Assembly (NCBI GenBank): GCA_002269645.1 | Contig: NIVC01003377.1 | Coordinates: forward strand, 1 to 64,000 | Source: Macrostomum lignano | Taxonomy: Eukaryota | DNA: 64,000 nucleotides | Direction of reading: 5' to 3' | In this document: piece by piece, positions 53,101 through 64,000 of the stretch | How the letters are laid out: each line of letters begins with the position of its first letter | Position numbering within the stretch: position 1 is the stretch's first letter | Position numbers and translations under genes: made by a program | The notes under the pieces: generated by a model | The model's input: only the letters and a program-made list of their open reading frames with translations | Told to the model about the DNA's origin: nothing | Databases searched by the model: none

Positions 53101-56100
53101 ATCACACCCCACGGAGAGAGCCGTACAGCGAGCTTCCCCACCCGAGTCCGGTAAATATTACAGAGTATTACGTGCACACGCCAGCCCTGAATACCAAGCC
53201 ATACTAGTCTACCTGCAGTGCTCCCAGAGGGAAGGGATGGTCAGGAGTTACACACCAAGAATGCATTCATACAAAGAGTACACAACTCGAGCCCAGACAC
53301 CAAGTCACAGTCTACTTACAGTAGAGATGGTAGATTAATAGCAAGATTATATTACAATTAGACCTCCCTAGCACATGAGGAGTGAAATTCAATAATAATT
53401 GAATTCAATAATAATACAACATTTAGACGTAGTAATTTAATTACAAAATACCACTAACACTGAGCCAACGAATTGTAGGTTACAAAGGAGTTGCACTCAT
53501 ATGGAAAGCCAGTATAATGCAGGTGTATATTATTAAAACATAGACAAAAACGATGCAGACGTATATACACACTATTGATTTTGTACATGTACATTTCGGC
53601 ATATTACCACACATCGCAGGCACATATTATATATCGGGGGATAGGTTAAAATACACACATCGTAGATGTAGAAGCAGACACAATGCAGGAAAATTATGAT
53701 ACGAGTGTACATATTAGTGCGTAAAAGTATCATATTATGACACCCTGTAGCACATATTGACATAATGCAGGGGAAAATATTGACAGAAATAGTACACAAT
53801 TGTAGAGGTAACAACCCGCCAACTAGTAAGGACATCCAGCACTTGTTCAGGTTTTTATTATTTCGAGACGAGTGTCATGCCCCCGCAAGAGATCTTATCA
53901 GAAATTTGTTGAACTCCACTGCAACTCTCCCAGAGCCTCCAAATGTGAGTTTTTAACCCAGGGTCGAGTACAAAGGACCCGCCCACTCTTAACCCCAAGG
54001 GGTGATCGTAGCGGAGACCAAGTACAGTGCGGACGGAGAGGGGTAACAGAAAGCGCTGCATCAGACCGCAGGGCTGCATTCCTCCCCGAGGTAGGCGCGT
54101 CAGCTCCCACTCCTCATTTAACCATCAAGTAAACTAAAGAAGTCAAGCAGAAAGCCTTACAATCACCCGCAACCAGCACAAGTAAGAGTACTTTCCACTA
54201 GAGAGCCATAGTGCAAGATTCGCGAGCCAAGTTGAAGAAGCACACCAAATTACACTAAAGACATATGTATTAAAAAGCATACCGGCACCTCTACAAAAAC
54301 ACAGTATGTACCGATTAAAGTTGCTTTTGGTGCAGTGTATTTAATAAAAGCAGGTACCTAACACAAAAGTAGGCATCAATGCAGTGCACGGGCTAAACTG
54401 TATTTACAAACGCAGGGCAACGAACTACACACAATGTAGCGCATAGACATAATTGTACGCATAAATGTACGCAATTTCCGGTATATAGGACCAAATGTAC
54501 ACAATGTACACAAACACACACACACACACACACACTCAGGCGTATTCACAGCAAGAGCTTCCTGCCGATGGCGCCATCGCCTGCGGCGATCGGTGCTGCA
54601 GGATGCGCTGCAGGATGCGCCTGAGTGTGTGTGTGTGTGTGTGTGTTTGTGTACATTGTGTACATTTGGTCCTATATACCGGAAATTGCGTACATTTATG
54701 CGTACAATTATGTCTATGCGCTACATTGTGTGTAGTTCGTTGCCCTGCGTTTGTAAATACAGTTTAGCCCGTGCACTGCATTGATGCCTACTTTTGTGTT
54801 AGGTACCTGCTTTTATTAAATACACTGCACCAAAAGCAACTTTAATCGGTACATACTGTGTTTTTGTAGAGGTGCCGGTATGCTTTTTAATACATATGTC
54901 TTTAGTGTAATTTGGTGTGCTTCTTCAACTTGGCTCGCGAATCTTGCACTATGGCTCTCTAGTGGAAAGTACTCTTACTTGTGCTGGTTGCGGGTGATTG
55001 TAAGGCTTTCTGCTTGACTTCTTTAGTTTACTTGATGGTTAAATGAGGAGTGGGAGCTGACGCGCCTACCTCGGGGAGGAATGCAGCCCTGCGGTCTGAT
55101 GCAGCGCTTTCTGTTACCCCTCTCCGTCCGCACTGTACTTGGTCTCCGCTACGATCACCCCTTGGGGTTAAGAGTGGGCGGGTCCTTTGTACTCGACCCT
55201 GGGTTAAAAACTCACATTTGGAGGCTCTGGGAGAGTTGCAGTGGAGTTCAACAAATTTCTGATAAGATCTCTTGCGGGGCATGACACTCGTCTCGAAATA
55301 ATAAAAACCTGAACAAGTGCTGGATGTCCTTACTAGTTGGCGGGTTGTTACCTCTACAATTGTGTACTATTTCTGTCAATATTTTCCCCTGCATTATGTC
55401 AATATGTGCTACAGGGTGTCATAATATGATACTTTTACGCACTAATATGTACACTCGTATCATAATTTTCCTGCATTGTGTCTGCTTCTACATCTACGAT
55501 GTGTGTATTTTAACCTATCCCCGATATATAATATGTGCCTGCGATGTGTGGTAATATGCCGAAATGTACATGTACAAAATCAATAGTGTGTATATACGTC
55601 TGCATCGTTTTTGTCTATGTTTTAATAATATACACCTGCATTATACTGGCTTTCCATATGAGTGGCAACTCCTTTGTAACCTACAATTCGTTGGCTCAGT
55701 GTTAGTGGTATTTTGTAATTAAATTACTACGTCTAAATGTTGTATTATTATTGAATTCAATTATTATTGAATTTCACTCCTCATGTGCTAGGGAGGTCTA
55801 ATTGTAATATAATCTTGCTATTAATCTACCATCTCTACTGTAAGTAGACTGTGACTTGGTGTCTGGGCTCGAGTTGTGTACTCTTTGTATGAATGCATTC
55901 TTGGTGTGTAACTCCTGACCATCCCTTCCCTCTGGGAGCACTGCAGGTAGACTAGTATGGCTTGGTATTCAGGGCTGGCGTGTGCACGTAATACTCTGTA
56001 ATATTTACCGGACTCGGGTGGGGAAGCTCGCTGTACGGCTCTCTCCGTGGGGTGTGATTCACCGCCTCTCTGTCCCGCGCCTCCTGCCAGGGCAGCTCTC

Positions 56101-59050
56101 CCTGTGGGGGTGACTTACACACTGCCTCTCTGTCCCGCGCCGCGTGCTGCGACATGCCGGGTAGCGTCCTCTATCTCCTACTGCCTCCACGCACTCTCTG
56201 TCCCCCTCCTGCTACAGGAGGGCTGGTTGCTCGCTGTACAGGGCAGCGTCAGCATCTGGGTTTCCTTCCTGCACCGTCTACCCCACCACTATACTGACTA
56301 ACCGCATGCACACGACATTGGTGGGAGGGGCTGAGTTCCCACTGACGGGTGTACACCTACTCGACGCTGAAGGTACACTTGCTGAACGCCCACCCTGTCA
56401 GATGTACACTTGCTGAACACCCATCCTGTCAGATGTACACTCGCTGGACGCCCACCCTGCCGGATGTACACCCCGCCGTCCCTTCCCTCCAGGAGCACTG
56501 CAAGTAGACTAGTATGGCTTGGTATTCGGAGTTGGCGTGTGTACGTAATATACTCTTTGTAATATTTACTTGACCTGGGTTTGTAAGTTCTAATAACATA
56601 TAAATGACTACTGCTGACTAGTTGACGCATCTGGATGGTGTGATAAAAACTAGTAACGTACCGCGATTTCGAGAGAAATCCTAGCACAATACTGTTCTGT
56701 CCGGCATGTGGAAAAGTATTTGCCCCGCCTTCGCTTACTCATACTGCACACAGACAAAGCTTATCTCTATTAGCAATCTGTTCGTGGTGGTTTAGAAGGA
56801 TACTGTCTTCCTGTATATAGCTCTCTATCCCTTCATCACTCGTAATAACTTCATAAATGCTCGCTTGACCAATGGCTGGTACTGAACTAATAATTCATAC
56901 GATACATAATGGTTAATACTTTCTAACTCCGTACAGCTCACAAGTTTCTACTCTCTACCTTATCAGTAACATTAAAATAAAAAGGTAAAATTTGCTGGTT
57001 TTGTGCCTTGTTTGCTTACTTTTCTATTAAAATACTTGCGGTTTATAATTGAAAATGTCTGCTTTTTATTCAATTTTATGTGGTTTGAAGGTTTATTTTT
57101 GCTAAAATGCCTGGTTTCTTATAAAAATTTCTACTCTCGACAATGATTGTGTCAGCTATTTCATTAAAATAACCTACTTTTGAATAAAACGTTGTATTTA
57201 AGCCTCTAGTTTTTTTCAAAACATAATGGAAACCCTCACAACGCCCTTGGAACCTCCTCAAGCAGCTTACATAGAGCATGCAGACCCCGAAACCCCTCTA
57301 GTGTGCCCTGATTTCAGCGGTCTGACGGTTAAGATCTGTATTTTTACACTATATTTTCCTTCATGCAGCAATACAGGAGGGTTTGGTAGAGTGAGTCTGG
57401 CGGGAGAGGGGGCTTGTGGGGTGATGAGGATGCGTACACACAGTTTAGCCTGTTTTAGTCTACCTTTTGGGCTAATATGCTTACTATTATTACTACTATT
57501 ATACCTACTATGTACATACTATTATACTACCCACTATTAAACATGTTGCACTAAAACCAACTTTTGAAAATACATAGCGTGTTTTGGTCGATTCTCCCTC
57601 ACGTCTCTGTCCCTACACATGTGCTCTGCTCGCTTTGGTCTCTGCTTGTGTACCTCTCTGTAACGTCTCTGTATGCTCTGACTGGTTTCTCCGTCCCCGC
57701 ACGCGCCGCTACTAAAGTTTGCTGTTACCTACCCCTACACACTGCTCTCTGTCTCCCTCCGCGCACACCTCACTGCCCTTGCATGTAATTTGCATGCCTT
57801 GCATGCCCTGTCCTGCCCTCGCGTGGGTCCCTGCCTATACATAGCTACCGGACCCTACCTCTCTCTGTGCCTTGCTCGCAACTCTGTCCCAGGCCCCCCT
57901 TCATACTTCTCTGTCCCAGGCCCCCCTTCATACTTCTCTGTCCCGGGCTGTAACTGGCTGACACGCGCCTCTCTGTTCCCCAGCCTGCGTGGCTGCCTAC
58001 CCTGCACACTGCTCTCTGTCCCCCTCCGCGCCTCTCTATCATCCTATTCCTGCAGCTGACCGTGCCGTTCAGCTCTGTCCACGCACGGCTCCACCCCTGC
58101 CCGTGTCTCACTGTACACTGCTCCCTGCTGCATGGCTCCCTTACCCTGCGCGTTTGCTTCCTATCTCCCTCCTGCTCCATATGTTTCTGTTCCCTCACAC
58201 TACGCACACGTGGCTGGCTCTCTGTCCAAACACATCTCTGCTCCTCCACTCTATCCTCGCGTGGCCCCTTGACGGTTCGCATGCCCCTGCATACCCTGCC
58301 TGCCTCTCTGTCCCCTGCAACTGGGGAGGGAGCTCTCTATCCTCTGTATGGCTTTCTCTGTGGGGTGTGTGTGACTCACACTACCTCTCTGTCCTAGCAT
58401 GCGCCTCTCTATCCGGCTCCTGCAGCAGGCTGTGTTATTCACATCTCTTTCCACCCACCCTCTGCCCGTACACGCTCAGTGTACAGGGCTGCGTCAGCAT
58501 CGGGGTTAAAACTTCTCGCTCCCTATGCTTCAACAGTATAACAACCTAGTGGCTGGTTCTCTGTCCGCCCCACCCCTCTCTGCCCGTACACTCTCACTGT
58601 ACAGGGCTGCGTCAGCGTTAGGGTTGAAACTTCTCGCTCCCTATACCCCACAACCGTGTAGTGTCCTAGTATGGGCGCGACCTGGGTTCGATTTCGCTAG
58701 TTGAGATGTAGGTGAGAGAGGGGAAGAGGCCCGTATCGATGACTACATATCGGTGTACACACATATCGGGAGAGTGTACACTCGGGGTGCCTGCGGCATG
58801 GGCGCCTGCTGCATGGGCGCCTGCGGCTCGGGAGGGTGCGCTTGGGATCTGATTGATTTGGGATCTGATTGATTTATTGGGATCTAATATCGGTAGGTGC
58901 GCCTGCGGCTGGGGAGGGTCGCGGGTTCGAGTCGCCGATATCGATACGGGTATCGATCACCTAGTGATCGGGGCGCCAGCCAATGAGAGGCGAGGAGGGT
59001 TGACACCCACCCCACCTCCAAAATCAAGCCTTACGGAATCCCTTAGTAGT
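50109..59050. mobile_element. Giant (~8.9 kb) palindromic foldback element: arms 50109-54542 and 54618-59050, 75-bp spacer
   Basis: Arms are reverse complements throughout, and the ORF track is mirrored. Termini ACTACTAAGG..CCTTAGTAGT. CTCCTC lies directly outside both ends. No ORF longer than 190 aa lies within it. The palindrome itself is certain; its mobile-element nature is inferred. Confidence 0.8.
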
Positions 59051-60400
<1,350 letters not shown>

Positions 60401-60840
60401 CTGGATTCTTTATCTGGCTTTTGAAGTAAAAGTCTGCCGATCCCTGCTTCGAAAGCCAGTTTGTGGGATGTACTACTCTCATCGTTATTCTCATGCTTTG
60501 ATCACGTCATCTTTCTTGCCAATTTGCAGCCCTGAAAGGAATTTGTGTATCTTCAGCTCCACTGCAGTCTGCATCAGTCTAACAACCAATGAAATATGCA
60601 TTTCTTAGGCCATTTAAATTTCAAAGTACTTTTAAGAGAAACTTAAAATTTCAATGGTGTGCCTAATTTAGTAGGGTTGTATTTCATTGCATCGCATCGC
60701 CTTTTCATAAATCTTTCGCTTTTACAAACCATGCTGGATTCCCTCGATTTGCCAATTGCCATCCAGTGTTAAACTGCTGCAGAGTTTGCCAATACAGAGG
60801 GGAGGGCAGTGGTTAGAATTTCTCACTAAACCGTCATGGC

Positions 60841-62138
60841 CGTAAAGACGGTCTCTGACTGTTTTTACCCTGGTTGCCTTCTGGCAGCTTGTCTAAGGGT
60901 TGTGCGCAATCCGATTGGCTATGCCAATTTCAAAGGGTCCGCCCCGGAGGGGCTGTGCCTGATCTAAAAATAAACCCTATTCTTTTTTCTAATTTCGGCC
61001 CTCGGCCTTGGTTTAGGGGGGGTGGTGCCCGGAGTGAGTAGGTTCTCTGGACTGCAGTGTGGCTAGGTCGGGACTGAGCCCCCTGGTCGTACCCGCCCTG
61101 CAGGAAAGAATGACCAATTCACAAAGGTGTACGGTAGACCCAGTAGCATGCCAGCCCTGAGGCTGAGCACCCGGGCTGCAGGCCGGCAAGCTGCCTGCTT
61201 TAGGGCTATGGTGCTCCTCCTTTCTGCCTTTCTTTTTTTCTGGGCTGGCATCCCAGCGCTGTTTTATCCCTTTAGCTTTGTGCCTTTGTGGCTTTTATTA
61301 TTTTATCCTTTTATCTGGCCACTAGAAGCCTTCCAATATTCGGAGTTATGAGCTCTGCCCTTGCCCGGTCCATCTTGCCCTGTCCTCGGGTCCATCTCCT
61401 GGCTCCTGCTGAAGGTCCCTGCTTGCGTGTCTCTGGCTCTCATCCTGACAGTGGATTGGTGTCCTGGGAAGGATGTTCGTCCCGAACCGGGGACAACCGG
61501 CTGAGTCCGGAGTCCTCTTGCCCTGGGTGCCTCTTCTCCCGACCCCTTGGCCTGGCCCCCAATAATGAGCTGGATAGGCGATGCCCTTGGGTTGGTAGCA
61601 ATAGAGGTGTATCCTGTCCGCCTAGAGTCTCCCCCTCGGATACAAGCCTTCCAGACTCACTCCAAAATAGAGCTGGGTAGTGAAAAGCCTTGAGGCTCGA
61701 GACCTACAGTTCATGCGGTTACTGTTTAGGATCGCTCTTGGTAACTAGCTGCCCAGACTCGCTCCAATAGTTTTAAGCCATTTCCGTAGGTTTAGGAGTA
61801 ACTCCTCACTCGGACCGCTTTTTTCAGTAATATTTCAAGCATTTCGCTTTCCAATTTTTCTGCGCACTCCCAAGGACTCGCTAGCTGGGGGGTGGCCTGG
61901 GTGGACTCGGTCTTAGCACCGTCCCTGATTCCACTGTTTGGGTTGGCGGTGTCTTGTACCGTAGGTTTGGGTCAACTCGCCCACCCGCGCTTTGAGCCGG
62001 GTCCAATCCCAATGCATTCCATGGGGTATCTCGGGCCCTGGACAGTTAATGCCTTGGCCCCTGGCAGTGCCCCTCTGCGGCAGAGCCCACCCAGGGCTGA
62101 TCCGCGGGTAGCCTAGCTTCCCACCCCCGTTTAACAAC
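60841..62138. mobile_element. 1.3-kb GC-richer insertion flanked by a 13-bp direct repeat (possible 5'-truncated non-LTR retroelement)
   Basis: AAACCGTCATGGC at 60828-60840 and 62139-62151; short TAACAAC tail before the right copy; no recognisable ORF. Confidence 0.55.
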
Positions 62139-62289
62139 AAACCGTCATGGCTAAACGTAGCCTCTCCACTCTGGGGGTGCAGAGAAGGCTATTAAAAAGT
62201 TGTTCCAAAACACTGTACATTCGCTATGTACATTCAGTCCTATCGCCTGACCCTTCGTCTGGCGTTGGGGGAATGAGTGAGTGAGTGGC

Positions 62290-62905
62290 ACAAACAACAG
62301 AAAAAGCAGACAAACTTCACATGCTTACAGTTTCTTTTTCGGTTGAGTTACAGAGTTGAAACTTTACATTTAGACAGAGAATGAGTCAATGAAGAATTGT
62401 GTCAAGTTTGAAGTCAATCGCTTTACGTGGAGCAAACTTATGGCAGCTGAAAGTTAGTCAATTTTGAAACCCTTTTACACATCTGGGCCCAGATTGGGAA
62501 AGAGAGGCAGGCGGGCGGAGGTTGGGGTGGCTGTCTCGCTGAAAAAAGCAGACTAACTTTAGAAGTGAACAGCGCCGTTCAGGATTAACTTTGAGACTCG
62601 AAATTTTACACGATTGTGTCACAATAGTTAAAGATTAATTGTGTCAAATTTGAAGAGAATCGGTAAAAGTGGAACGGCGCTATGGAGGATTAAGTGAAAA
62701 AATCGCGCATTTTGAGCAGTTTTTTGTACTTTTAGGTAGGAAGACTTGAGTCTAGGAAATTTAAAGGTAGCCTAAGACATTCTCCGTAGTACGTTTAGGG
62801 TGGGTGTAAAGTTTGGTGTAATTTGGTTGAGCGGTTTGGGAGTCCATAGCGAAGTAATTTGTCCACAGACAGACAGAGTTTTGATTTTTATAGGTAGAGA
62901 AGATC
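62290..62905. mobile_element. Possible Helentron/DINE-like non-autonomous element
   Basis: Begins AACAACAGAAAAAG; repeated TGTGTCAA(G/A)TTTGAAG..AATCG modules; ends CAGACAGACAGAG..TTTTATAGGTAGAGAAGAT; shares a motif with ~24990. Resemblance only. Confidence 0.4.
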
Positions 62906-63118
62906 ATTGTTACTAATTACTAACATCCATCAGAGAAGAACATTGGTAGTTCCAGTCCAGCGAATAGAAAATATTCACACGATCGATAAAATTCAACTGG
63001 CGGCGGAACACCCACCCCCCTCCGCCAGCCACCCCAATTCTTCTGGTTACTTATTCGGCCCGAGAACCGCCGTTTACTCCATCAAATTCTCACTTTACTT
63101 CACAACTCTTAGTTTTGA

Positions 63119-63448
<330 letters not shown>

Positions 63449-63537
63449 AGGCGCTCGCAGCCTGTTAGCTGTCAGGCGTCATTGACGTCTGCTTCGTCAT
63501 AACTACGCTGTGACAACCGTATCCTGAACGCTAAAAC

Positions 63538-63553
63538 GGCCCTTTTCAGGGCC
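63538..63553 (+). terminator. Histone mRNA 3' stem-loop
   Basis: AAAAC GGCCCT TTTC AGGGCC ACCAC, ~90 nt after the H4 stop; matches the SLBP-bound consensus. Confidence 0.97.
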
Positions 63554-64000
63554 ACCACATTTATGTGATGTCTTGTTCGTTCTATTTAAGCTTTGTAATT
63601 CTAAGCCTACTACTAGTACTAATGTAGAAAATAAGCACTAGCATTTCACAGTTCAAAATATAAAATTCGTATTATAATATAAATATAGTGAGGCAAGACA
63701 ACTGGAATCCCACAGTTTCATTCACACGAATCAGTGTCGATAATTTTCCGCTTATTGGAATAGAGAACCTTAAATGAATCCGTTCAAGGACCCCAGAGGT
63801 CCTGCATCTGGTATTTACATAGTTTATTAGCATTAGCATGCTGCAACGCCTGTATGTAGTCTTCCGAATAAACTACTGAAGTATCGAGTCGTTAAAAGGG
63901 TTAATTTTAAATATTCGCTTAGCTGCTGGCTTCGCTAAGAACGACCCTAAGATCGAGGCGAACGAGACTTGCAAAATCCAAAATTTGATATGTGATAGTA

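Noticed and set aside
50109-54542. Endogenous parvovirus/densovirus genome (size and hairpin fit)
   Set aside because: No NS1/Rep (HUH, SF3 helicase) or capsid ORF or remnant is recognisable in either arm.
54543-54617. Palindrome spacer as a sequencing hairpin adapter
   Set aside because: It does not resemble the CT/GTT-rich SMRTbell adapter as I recall it, and non-mirrored homologous flanks continue on both sides. An artefact is not fully excluded.

Overview
Eukaryotic (metazoan) genomic DNA with GC-rich exons, AT-rich spacers and introns packed with minisatellites. This style suggests a free-living flatworm such as Macrostomum, which is an inference only. Seven host genes can be reconstructed by hand. 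They are: an S10 serine carboxypeptidase (5'-truncated, frameshifted); PCMTD1-like (3 exons, minus strand, split SOCS box); RNA polymerase II subunit RPB3/POLR2C (2 exons, one apparent 1-nt deletion); an F-box/LRR gene (4 exons); WDR24 of GATOR2 (3 exons); a SKICH/coiled-coil/UBZ autophagy receptor of the TAX1BP1/CALCOCO family (5 exons); and a replication-dependent histone H4 with its 3' stem-loop. Mobile DNA includes a structurally complete 6.3-kb Sola2-like DNA transposon (GGG..CCC ends, 14-bp TIR, ACTT TSD, intact 771-codon DDD transposase with a C-terminal PHD finger) carrying a nested hAT-like MITE. There is also a TTAA-flanked 1.45-kb foldback element, an 8-bp-TSD MITE, Tc1 and RTE remnants, and a 1.3-kb insertion with a 13-bp TSD. 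The most striking object is an ~8.9-kb near-perfect, essentially non-coding palindrome (50109-59050). It has 4.43-kb arms, a 75-bp hairpin-rich centre, ACTACT..AGTAGT termini and a candidate 6-bp TSD, and it sits inside a CT-rich array. Most long ORFs in the supplied track are minisatellite read-throughs.
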